Position numbers and translations under genes: made by a program. From the NCBI GenBank assembly GCA_963728475.1, contig CAVSKL010000004.1, positions 437,840 through 501,839 of the forward strand: DNA of 64,000 nt, in the 5' to 3' direction. This stretch comes from Candidatus Eiseniibacteriota bacterium. GTDB taxonomy: Bacteria > Eisenbacteria > RBG-16-71-46 > JABDJR01. The notes under the pieces were generated by a model, which made no database searches, had not been told where the DNA came from, and saw only the letters and a list, made by a program, of their open reading frames with translations. Shown here piece by piece: positions 1 to 8,108 of the stretch. Each line of letters opens with the position of its first letter. Position 1 is the first letter of the stretch.

Positions 1-1
1 G

Positions 2-796
2 AGCGCCATCGCGGGGAGCGTGGATGCGGTCCGCCGGCTCCGCCGGGCGGGCTTTCCCCATCTCTTCCTGACCAACAGCACCCTCTTCTCTCGCTCCGCC
101 ATTCTCGCCACCCTGAAGGACCTGGGTTTCGAGATCGACGACGACCGGTTCCTCACTGCCGCCCAGGTGGCGGGCGACCTCCTCCGGGAACGCGGGTACC
201 GGCGGATCGGCTGGCTCTGCGTGCCGGAACTGGCCGGGGATCTCCCCGAGGCCGAGCCGGTCTTCCCCTGGACGGCGGCGCCGGGGCCGGTAGACGCGGT
301 CCTGGTCGGGGACCTGGGGAGGCGCTTCAGCTACGACGTTCTCACCCGGGCCTTCCGGTGGCTGCACCGGGGAGCGGCGCTGGTGGCGCTGGCCGGGAAT
401 CGCTACTACCAGGGCCCGGACGGGCTGGTGCTGGACTCCGGCCCCTTCGTGAAGCTCTTGGAGGAGGCGGCCGAGGTCCGGGCGGTGATGGTGGGCAAGC
501 CCAGCCCCGCCTTCTTCCGTGCCGGGCTGCGACGGCTGGGGGTGGAGCCCGGGGAGGCGGTCATGGTCGGCGACGATCTCGACGGCGACGTCCTCCCCGC
601 CATGGGAATCGGGATGGAGGGGTGGCTGGCGCGAACCGGGAAGTTTCGCGCCGGCCGCTACGAGGCCTCGGAGCTGAAGGCGACGCGGGTGGTGGACGAT
701 CTGGCGCACGCCGTCCGCATCCTGCTCGGCGAAGCGGGAGGCCGGGGGGGCGCGAGGCCCCCGGGGGACGGGACCCGCCGGGAAAACGAGGATTGA
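2..796 (+). CDS. HAD-superfamily (subfamily IIA-like) hydrolase, 5'-truncated at window edge
   Basis: ORF 20..796 stays open back to position 2 in the same frame. It has a TNS motif and the VGDDLDGDV HAD motif-IV signature. The N-terminal DxD nucleophile motif is absent, so the gene must start upstream of the window. Confidence 0.7.
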   Translation, partial: SAIAGSVDAVRRLRRAGFPHLFLTNSTLFSRSAILATLKDLGFEIDDDRFLTAAQVAGDLLRERGYRRIGWLCVPELAGDLPEAEPVFPWTAAPGPVDAVLVGDLGRRFSYDVLTRAFRWLHRGAALVALAGNRYYQGPDGLVLDSGPFVKLLEEAAEVRAVMVGKPSPAFFRAGLRRLGVEPGEAVMVGDDLDGDVLPAMGIGMEGWLARTGKFRAGRYEASELKATRVVDDLAHAVRILLGEAGGRGGARPPGDGTRRENED

Positions 797-889
797 AAAG
801 GCCGGGGGGCGCCCCTATACTTACCCGGCGCTGCCGGCATGGGAGCTGGTTTGGCGATCTAACTCTTTGCCGGCATTAGAGCTACGGTT

Positions 890-966
890 GGGCCCATAGC
901 TCAATTGGATAGAGCGTTTGGCTACGGACCAAAAGGCTGGGGGTTCGAGTCCCTCTGGGCCCACCA
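890..966 (+). tRNA. tRNA-Arg (anticodon ACG)
   Basis: Cloverleaf readable by eye: 7-bp acceptor GGGCCCA/TGGGCCC, D-arm GCTC-AATTGGATA-GAGC, anticodon loop CTACGGA, T-arm GGTTCGAGTCC, 3' ACCA. Confidence 0.9.
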
Positions 967-1064
967 TGTACGTCGTCCGGTCCCTTCGATCCCGCCGGGC
1001 GCACCTCCGGCTCCGGTCCCCGGCGGCTCGGAAGCCGGGGCGGCCGCCCCGCGCCGGAGGTTTC

Positions 1065-1595
1065 ATGGCCCTGATCGTCCCCCATCACGGCGTCACCCCC
1101 ACCATTCCCGACAGCGTCTTCCTGGCCCCGACCGCGACCGTGATCGGGGACGTGGTGCTGGGGGCCGACGCGAGCCTATGGTTCAACGTCGTGCTCCGGG
1201 GGGACGTGAACTACATCCGGATCGGCGACCGTACCAATATCCAGGACAACTCGACCATTCACGTGAGCATCGACACCTGGCCCACCGTGATCGGGAACGA
1301 CGTGGTGGGGGGGCACAACATTCTCCTCCACGGCTGCACCGTCCGCGACCGGGTGCTGGTGGGGATGGGTTCCACGGTGATGGACGGGGCGGTGGTGGGG
1401 GAGGAGAGCATCATCGGGGCGGGGGCGCTGGTGACCCCCGGGACGCAGGTCCCGCCCCGGAGCCTGGTCCTGGGCCGTCCGGGACGGATAGTCCGCCGGG
1501 TCACCGACGACGAGGTCGAGAGTCTGATCCTGTTCGGGGTCCGCAACTACCTGGAGTACAAGTTGACCTACCCCGAGGCCCCGCCCCGTTCTTGA
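1065..1595 (+). CDS. gamma-class carbonic anhydrase-like / hexapeptide-repeat (PaaY-YrdA family) protein
   Basis: Left-handed beta-helix hexapeptide repeats (VIGDVVLGADASLWFNVVLRGDVNYIRIGDRTNIQDNSTIHV...GGHNILLHGCTV). ATG at 1065 is chosen over the upstream junk extension that overlaps the tRNA. Confidence 0.75.
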   Translation: MALIVPHHGVTPTIPDSVFLAPTATVIGDVVLGADASLWFNVVLRGDVNYIRIGDRTNIQDNSTIHVSIDTWPTVIGNDVVGGHNILLHGCTVRDRVLVGMGSTVMDGAVVGEESIIGAGALVTPGTQVPPRSLVLGRPGRIVRRVTDDEVESLILFGVRNYLEYKLTYPEAPPRS

Positions 1596-1679
1596 TCCCC
1601 CGGGGAACGGCGCGTATCTTGTGGGGCCGGTTCGATCGGAAAAGCTGAGATGTACTTCGGAACCGGAGGAGGCGGTGTG

Positions 1680-2402
1680 ATGAAACGGCTCTTGTGGACG
1701 GCGGCGGCGATAACGGTGGCGGCCCTGGTCGGGTGTCAGGCCTCGACCGGCGGCGGCAAGGGGGTCAAGGTCAAGAGCGAGCTGGCGCCGGCGGCGGCCA
1801 GCTACAACATCCAGAAGGTGGCGATCCTATCCTTGGCCAACACGACCGGGGATCCCCAGGCCGACCAGATCGTGAACTACCTCACCCGCGCCCTCTACGA
1901 CGGGAAGAAGTACCAGTTCACCACCATCGAGGAACTGGCCGCCGACGCCCGCCGCAACGGCCTCGGCGACGACTACGACCGCATGGTGAACAACTGGCGG
2001 CGCGCGCGCACCGTGGAAGCGGTCACCGCGGAAAAGGTGATCAAGAAGCTGGGATACGACGCGGTGCTGGGCATGGAAGTGAACAAGTGGGAAGAGGTGA
2101 AGCTGGATCCCAGCCAGGAAGGGACTTCCAACACCTCGGTGGGGGTGGAGCTGGACCTCTACGCCAACGACGGCACCCTGCTCTGGACCGGCAGCAACCT
2201 CAAGGTGGAGAAGTCGGTCTCCTACAACCCCGAATACAACGTGCGCGCCACCCAGGAGGGGCAAGCCCGCACCACCAGCGCCGGCGCCGTGCCCGATCCG
2301 CCCAAGGTGGAGAAGGTGGCCGTCGGCGCCGCCCAGGAGATCGCCGACGCCATGCCGGTGATTCACGCCGGGACCGCCTCGGCCGCGCCCGCCGGCCAGT
2401 AA
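1680..2402 (+). CDS. hypothetical lipoprotein
   Basis: Signal peptide plus lipobox (MKRLLWTAAAITVAALVGC). GGAGGA RBS lies 10 nt upstream of ATG 1680. No recognisable catalytic motifs. Confidence 0.7.
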   Translation: MKRLLWTAAAITVAALVGCQASTGGGKGVKVKSELAPAAASYNIQKVAILSLANTTGDPQADQIVNYLTRALYDGKKYQFTTIEELAADARRNGLGDDYDRMVNNWRRARTVEAVTAEKVIKKLGYDAVLGMEVNKWEEVKLDPSQEGTSNTSVGVELDLYANDGTLLWTGSNLKVEKSVSYNPEYNVRATQEGQARTTSAGAVPDPPKVEKVAVGAAQEIADAMPVIHAGTASAAPAGQ

Positions 2403-2410
2403 GGAGAGCG

Positions 2411-2920
2411 GTGCCGTCCTTCGATCCTCACGCCGAGCTTCCCCTTCCCACCCCGGAGGAGAACCACCGGTGGATGCAGGCCGCCTACGACGAGGCGGTT
2501 CTGGCCGCGGAAGAGAACGAGGTGCCGGTGGGGGCGGTGGTGGTGATGGGGGGACGGATCCTCGGGCGGGGGCACAACCGGAACGAGGCTCTCCAGGACC
2601 CCACCGCCCACGCGGAGATGCTGGCCATCACCGCCGCCGCCAACACCCTCGGCTCGTGGAGGCTGGAGGGCGCCTCCATCTACGTGACCCTGGAACCGTG
2701 CCTGATGTGCGCGGGGGGCATCTTCCTGGCCCGGCTGGGGAGAGTGGTTTTCGCCACCCGGGACCCCAAGCGGGGGGCTCTGGGTTCGGTCCTCGACGCC
2801 TCGGTCCATGAGCCGTTGAACCATCACACCGAGGTGGATTCGGGCCCGATGGCCACCGAGTGTTCGCTGCTTCTCCGGGCGTTCTTCGAGAAGCTTCGCA
2901 AGGATGCCAAGGCGGAGTAG
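2411..2920 (+). CDS. tadA: tRNA-specific adenosine deaminase
   Basis: CDA-fold zinc motifs HAE...PCLMCAG. AAGGAG RBS at 2401-2406 precedes GTG 2411. It lies in the alternate frame of a longer spurious ORF. Confidence 0.85.
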   Translation: MPSFDPHAELPLPTPEENHRWMQAAYDEAVLAAEENEVPVGAVVVMGGRILGRGHNRNEALQDPTAHAEMLAITAAANTLGSWRLEGASIYVTLEPCLMCAGGIFLARLGRVVFATRDPKRGALGSVLDASVHEPLNHHTEVDSGPMATECSLLLRAFFEKLRKDAKAE

Positions 2921-3078
2921 GCATGGACAAGGGGGCGCGGCGGGACGCGGGATCGGCTATAATCCCTCGCCCGGCCGGGACGTCCCGGCCCTGATCGCGA
3001 CCTAGCCCGAGGCGCCGCGGCGCCCCGGGACCAACGGAAAGACCAACCCCGTCGCCCGCGGGCGATCACCGATTTCGC

Positions 3079-3371
<293 letters not shown>

Positions 3372-3808
3372 CGGCGCGCCCCGGCCGTTCCTCAGCGCGT
3401 GCGCTCCGCGTCCTCGGATGCCCGTCCTGTGCGCCGGGGAACTTCGCGCACGACGCAGCTGCTTCACTTCATCGGAAGATGGGAGCCGGCGCCTCGCGAA
3501 CGCGCGATTCGCGCGCGCGGAAGCTTTGAAGAATACGAGGAGATGGTTGCCATTCAGTACGACTTGTTGTTCACTCGGAGTTCGTATCGCTCTCGTCCGA
3601 TCCGGCACCTAGGCTCTCGCACCAAGGCCGCTTACGTAGGTTCCCCACTTGTCGATTTGCGGGCCTTTTCCTGCCGCTCTTCGGGTAGTTGAGCCTGTCA
3701 TCCCGTAGGTGCCTGACGTACACTCTGCCGAACTTGACGCCAGGGGTGGCAACGCTTGCTTTGCGGTGATGGCGATTCCCTCCCGGGAACGCCGCTGAGG
3801 AGACTGGC

Positions 3809-5491
3809 TTGATGACCGGCCAGACGCCCATGGGCCGACGAGCCCTTGTCGGGTTTATCGGTTTCCTAGGGCTAAGTTCGATTTCGTTGATTCTGCTCTC
3901 CAGTCCATCGGCCGCGGCGACCATCGAGGGGTACGCGTGGCCGACTTCCGTCGTCCCCGGGGACCGGGTGGATCTCTGTGTATCCACCGACGCCCCAGCC
4001 TTCGATGTCCACGTGTACCGTGAGGGCGTCGAGCGGTCGCCGGTTCTCGGCCTGAACGGGATCCCGGGAGGGATCCAGACGACGCCGCCCGCTTCTTCCC
4101 AGCAGGGTTGCGGTTGGGTGCCTCTCAGTCACGTGTACATTCCCTGGAACTGGAAGAGCGGGGTCTACACGGTCAGGTTCAGTGCCCCGGGAGCCCCGGA
4201 CCGCTGGACGTTCTTCGTGGTGCGCGAGGCGGTTCCCGGCGCCCGCGACCGCATCCTGGTCAAGCTTCCCCTTTTTACCTGGCAGGCCTACAACAGCTGG
4301 GGAGGGAAGAGCCTCTACGGGTACAACTCGACGGGAGGCACCGCGGCGACCACCATCTCGTTCCGGCGGCCGTACGACGAGAACGAGGGGCTTTCCCGGC
4401 TTCCCGACGCGGTGCTGCCCTTCATCCGGTGGGCGGAGGCCGAGGGATTCTCGATCGCCTACTGCACCGACCTGGACCTCCATCTGAAGCCGTCCCTGGA
4501 GTCCTCCTACCCGCTCCTGGTGGATGTGGGGCATGACGGTTACTGGTCCAAGGAGATGCGGGACGCCGTCGAGAACCGGATCGACGCGGGCCGGAACGTG
4601 GCCTTCCTGAGCGGAAACACCTGCTGGTGGCAGGTGCGCCTCTCCGATGCCTCGGACCAGATCACCTGCTTCCGGAACCGCAATCAGGACCCTCTCTTCG
4701 GCATCGACAACTCGCGGGTAACGGTGAACTGGTACGCCTGGCCGGTGGGAAGGAGCGAGAATGCCTTGACCGGGGTGAGCTACCGGAACGGGGGTATCGT
4801 GAACGAGTACGGCATCTATCCGGAGAGCCGGGGATATGGAGGGTACACCGCCTACCGTACGGGCAGCTGGATCTACGCCGGAACCGGGATGGCCGACGGG
4901 CAGGTCTTCGGCCGGTCTCCCGCCGTCGTCGGGGACGAGACCGACGGCGCGCTTTTCACCATGGAGAACGGAGTGCCTGTGGCCACGGGCGCCGATGGAT
5001 CGCCGACCTCATTCGAGATTCTCGCCGTGTCGCCGGCGAGCTATGGGCACGCCACCATGGGGTTGTACTACCGGGGAGGGGCGACCGTGTTCACCGCGGC
5101 CACCATCCGCTGGGCCCAGGGCCTGGCTTCGGACCACACCGTCTCCCAGATCACCGAGAACGTCCTGAACCGCCTTTCCGGATCCACCTTGTCCAATGGG
5201 GGAGTGCCGGCGGTGTTGTCCCCCGAGTTGGCTGTCCGCATCCGCTCCAACCCGTGCCTGAACCGCGCCACCTTCGACTGGACGGCTACGAGCGAAGGCC
5301 CGCTCTCGCTCAGCGTCTTCGACGTGACGGGGCGCCGGGTGGCCGAGGTCGAACTCGGAGGCGTTCACGAGGGAGCGGCGACCTGGGACGGCAGGGACCG
5401 GCAGGGGCGCCCCGCCGCCGCCGGCTTCTACTTCGCGAGGATCACCGACGGCCGTCGTTCACAGGACGCGAAGTTCATCTTCGTGCGCTGA
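3809..5491 (+). CDS. secreted protein, hydrolase-like, with T9SS/FlgD-Ig-like C-terminal sorting domain
   Basis: N-terminal signal peptide. The C-terminal ~85 aa match the T9SS CTD pattern (SNPCLNRATFDW...LSVFDVTGRRVAEV...GFYFARI...KFIFVR). The central domain contains an LFTWQAYNSWGG motif that resembles the N,N-dimethylformamidase large-subunit-like family; that assignment is uncertain. Confidence 0.7.
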   Translation: MMTGQTPMGRRALVGFIGFLGLSSISLILLSSPSAAATIEGYAWPTSVVPGDRVDLCVSTDAPAFDVHVYREGVERSPVLGLNGIPGGIQTTPPASSQQGCGWVPLSHVYIPWNWKSGVYTVRFSAPGAPDRWTFFVVREAVPGARDRILVKLPLFTWQAYNSWGGKSLYGYNSTGGTAATTISFRRPYDENEGLSRLPDAVLPFIRWAEAEGFSIAYCTDLDLHLKPSLESSYPLLVDVGHDGYWSKEMRDAVENRIDAGRNVAFLSGNTCWWQVRLSDASDQITCFRNRNQDPLFGIDNSRVTVNWYAWPVGRSENALTGVSYRNGGIVNEYGIYPESRGYGGYTAYRTGSWIYAGTGMADGQVFGRSPAVVGDETDGALFTMENGVPVATGADGSPTSFEILAVSPASYGHATMGLYYRGGATVFTAATIRWAQGLASDHTVSQITENVLNRLSGSTLSNGGVPAVLSPELAVRIRSNPCLNRATFDWTATSEGPLSLSVFDVTGRRVAEVELGGVHEGAATWDGRDRQGRPAAAGFYFARITDGRRSQDAKFIFVR

Positions 5492-5516
5492 TCCTCGGCG
5501 GGCGCGGTTCCGGCGG

Positions 5517-5945
5517 TCAGCGTCCGATTCCCACCATCACCTTGTAGGGAGTGGGGGGACCCTGCTTGCGGATGGTCACGGTGACGAAGTAGCCGTTCCC
5601 GTGCGCGGACGCGAAGATGGTGGTGCCGCTGTCGGCCCACGGCGTTTCCGAAGCGGTGGAGGGATTGAGCTCCCATCCGTCCTGGGTCAGCGCCCGGCTA
5701 TAGAAGTCCCGGACATCCCTCGGTAAGAGCCCGCCGGCCGAGAACTGGGCCTCGTAGGTCTTGCCCTGGATGCTGCCGGTGAGGTGGGTCACCGAAGTCC
5801 CTTCGGGCAGGGGAAACACCTTGGCGAAGTCCTCGGGAAGCTTTGGGGAGGCCGCTCCCTGATTCTTGTCGCCCCCCTTCCCGCCACAGCCCAGGATCGC
5901 CGCGGCCAGAACCAGGAACGCGAACAAGCCCGCGAATCTGCGCAT
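5517..5945 (-). CDS. hypothetical lipoprotein
   Basis: Signal peptide plus lipobox (LVLAAAILGCGG). 142 aa with plausible composition, sitting in an otherwise non-coding gap. Confidence 0.6.
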   Translation of the reverse strand: MRRFAGLFAFLVLAAAILGCGGKGGDKNQGAASPKLPEDFAKVFPLPEGTSVTHLTGSIQGKTYEAQFSAGGLLPRDVRDFYSRALTQDGWELNPSTASETPWADSGTTIFASAHGNGYFVTVTIRKQGPPTPYKVMVGIGR

Positions 5946-6081
5946 CCTTGCCCTCCTTGAGCGAGTGAAATCCGCGGCAGTGTATCAGAGGGCGGCCGAA
6001 CGTTGGGGGGGGGCACGGATCAGTTGCCTCCGAACCCGCCGAGGTGATAACCTCCTCCGCCCGCCCGACATACAAGATTGC

Positions 6082-6169
<88 letters not shown>

Positions 6170-6553
6170 GAGGTTAGCTGTTCGGCCGATTGGCCTCAGG
6201 TCCGCCGGGAAATGGGGTCATTGGGGATGCCGTGCGAGCCGCGAAGCGGCGAGAACGGCAATCCCTCCCTCTCCGCCAGAACGGAGCGACCGAGGCAGTT
6301 GGCCTGAGGTCGCCGCCGGGGGCGGGGGCATCGGGGATGGCGTGCAGCGAGCGCAGCGAGTCGCGCGCCAATCCCTCCCTCTCCGCCAGAACGGAGCGAC
6401 CGAGGCAGTTGGCCTGAGGTCGCCGCCGGGGGCGGGGGCATCGGGGATGGCGTGCAGCGAGCGCAGCGAGTCGCGCGCCAATCCCTCCCTCTCCGCCAGA
6501 ACGGAGCGACCGAGGCAGTTGGCCTGAGGTCGTAGCCGGGGGCGGGGGCATCG
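6170..6553. repeat. 110-bp tandem repeat array (variant unit B1, identical units B2 and B3, truncated B4) downstream of tRNA-Ser(CGA); each full unit ends in ATCCCTCCCTCTCCGCCA (tRNA 3' end)
   Basis: Seen directly: 6279-6388 and 6389-6498 are 100% identical. The tRNA 3'-end 18-mer recurs at 6261-6278, 6371-6388 and 6481-6498. The core CATCGGGGAYGGCGTGCRAGC is shared with the locus-A unit. Confidence 0.9.
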
Positions 6554-6556
6554 TTG

Positions 6557-6955
6557 GATCGTGGAGTGTGGACCCGGGTCCACATCCGGCGAGCGCGGTC
6601 CGCGTTTGCCGCCCGCGGCTCAGGGACCCGGACCCACCGGTCGGGGAGCCGGGACCCGCGGCTCGGGAAAGTGGGACTCGCGGCTCGGGAAATCGGGACC
6701 CGGGTCCCGGTTCGCCCCGGCCGGCCGGATCGTCGCTCCCCGCCGTCGGCCGTTCGCCCCTCCATCCACGCTCGGGGGATCGTGGAATGTGGACCCGGGT
6801 CCACATCCGGCGAGCGCGGTCCGCGTTTGCCGCCCGCGGCTCAGGGGACCCGGACCCACCGGTCGGGGAGCCGGGACCCGCGGCTCGGGATAGGGGGACT
6901 CGCGGCTCGGGAAATCGGGACCCGGGTCCCGGTTCGCCCCAGCCGGCCGGACCGC
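6557..6955. repeat. ~221-bp tandem repeat (1.8 copies) containing perfect palindromes GTGGACCCGGGTCCAC and GGGACCCGGGTCCC
   Basis: Seen directly: 6557-6777 aligns with 6778-~6955 with few mismatches. The palindromes recur in each copy. Confidence 0.85.
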
Positions 6956-7052
6956 CACCGTCCGCCCTTGCCCGCTCGCGCCGGCCTGTGGCAAAATACC
7001 TCGCCCTGCCGCGGTAGTCCGCCTCCGGCCACCCCGCGCGCGGTTCCGGTTT

Positions 7053-7128
7053 GGGGATGTAGCTCAGATGGGAGAGCGCCTCGTTCGCAACGAGGAGGTC
7101 GGCGGTTCGATCCCGCTCATCTCCACCA
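7053..7128 (+). tRNA. tRNA-Ala (anticodon CGC)
   Basis: Acceptor GGGGATG/CATCTCC with G3:U70 (the Ala identity element), anticodon loop TTCGCAA, T-arm GGTTCGATCC, 3' ACCA. Confidence 0.85.
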
Positions 7129-7248
7129 TCCTGGCCCGGCCGCTCCTTCCGGGAGCGGCCGGGGCCCCCGGGCTCCACGCCCCGGGGGAGAATCCCGGGC
7201 CCCTCCCCCGGGCTTTCGCGTTTCCCGGCCCCGAAGCCGGCCGCCCCC

Positions 7249-7472
7249 GTCCCATCCCTGGCCCCCCCGCCCCCCCGTCCCATCCCTGGCCCCCCCGCCC
7301 CCCCGTCCCATCCCTGGCCCCCCCGCCCCCCCGTCCCATCCCTGGCCCCCCCGCCCCCCCGTCCCATCCCTGGCCCCCCCGCCCCCCCGTCCCATCCCTG
7401 GCCCCCCCGCCCCCCCGTCCCATCCCTGGCCCCCCCGCCCCCCCGTCCCATCCCTGGCCCCCCCGCCCCCCC
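7249..7472. repeat. 28-bp C-rich tandem repeat x8 (GTCCCATCCCTGGCCCCCCCGCCCCCCC)
   Basis: Seen directly: the period of 28 nt is confirmed by recurring GTCCCA at 7277, 7305 and 7333. The overlapping spurious ORF shows an 84-nt (3x28) protein periodicity. Confidence 0.9.
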
Positions 7473-7644
7473 GGCATGATTCCTGTTCTCTTCCATCCCC
7501 AGCCCTCCCCTCGAAGCGTGCCTCCCTTCCGCCCCATCCCCACCCGAACCGTGCCTCCCGCCTCGCGCGCCCGCTCCCCCCACCCAGCCCTTCCCGCCCA
7601 CCCGCGGAATCCCTCCCTTGCCGCGGAAACTCCCGCGAGCGCGG

Positions 7645-7673
7645 TTGCCGTCGGCGCGGCGGCATGGGATAAT
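7645..7673 (+). promoter_or_regulatory. candidate sigma70-type promoter (TTGCCG-17-GATAAT) upstream of SRP RNA/dnaX
   Basis: TTGCCG at 7645-7650, a 17-nt spacer, GATAAT at 7668-7673. Confidence 0.4.
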
Positions 7674-7894
7674 GGCCGACTCGGCATCCACCCAACCGTT
7701 TGTCGGACAATCGCTTGGATGAGGCGTCCGGCCCCCCCCCGGGGGGAAGGCCGGCGGCCCGGTAGGGTAGGATGCCCACAGCAGGATTTCTGGGTCGTGC
7801 TAGGCGGGGAGTCAGCGGTGCCCTGTACTCGCAATCCGCTATAGCGAGGCTGAACTCCCGCCCTAGGCCCCCGATTAACGTGCGGGTCGCGGGA

Positions 7895-8030
7895 ACCGGC
7901 GGCGTTGATGACCAGGTCCGGCGCAACCAAGGCTTGTGAACCCCGTCAGGACCGGAAGGTAGCAGCGGTAAACAATTCCCTCGGTGTGCCGCCGGTATGC
8001 CTGGCCGGAGCCAGCCGCCCGTGGCCGGTG
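7895..8030 (+). ncRNA. ffs: signal recognition particle RNA (4.5S/SRP RNA), boundaries approximate
   Basis: Domain IV motif GUCAGGACCGGAAGGUAGCAGCGG matches the conserved GGUCAGGUCCGGAAGGAAGCAGCC. The 3' strand GGUGUGCCGCCGGUAUGCCUGG resembles the E. coli GCGUGUGCCGGGAUGUAGCUGG. The position directly upstream of dnaX-ybaB-recR is the conserved arrangement. Confidence 0.6.
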
Positions 8031-8108
8031 TTCGTCGTGAGGTCGACGGCGGGTGCACGACCCTTTTCTTCCCGGCGCGCCCTCTGGGCGCGTGGTCCGG
8101 AGGGCGTC

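Noticed and set aside
2921-3078. Promoter for tRNA-Ser (TATAAT at 2958-2963).
   Set aside because: A perfect -10 hexamer is present. No acceptable -35 at 16-19 nt spacing (TGGACA would need a 28-nt spacer) and no extended -10 TG. Too weak to list as a feature.
3571-3987. Minus-strand ORF 3571..3987 (138 aa) in the low-GC gap.
   Set aside because: No start context, composition unlike neighbouring genes, and overlap with the start of the well-supported 3809..5491 gene. It is probably non-coding.
7249-7472. CRISPR array.
   Set aside because: The 28-bp units are contiguous with no unique spacers. The 110-bp units are near-identical throughout. No cas genes anywhere in the window.
6174-7844. ORFs 6174..7691(-) and 7068..7844(+), encoding Gly/Arg-rich and Pro-rich 28-aa-periodic proteins.
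   Set aside because: They are generated entirely by the 110-bp, 221-bp and 28-bp tandem DNA repeats and overlap tRNA-Ala and tRNA-Ser. Protein periodicity (84 nt = 3x28) reflects DNA periodicity, not selection.
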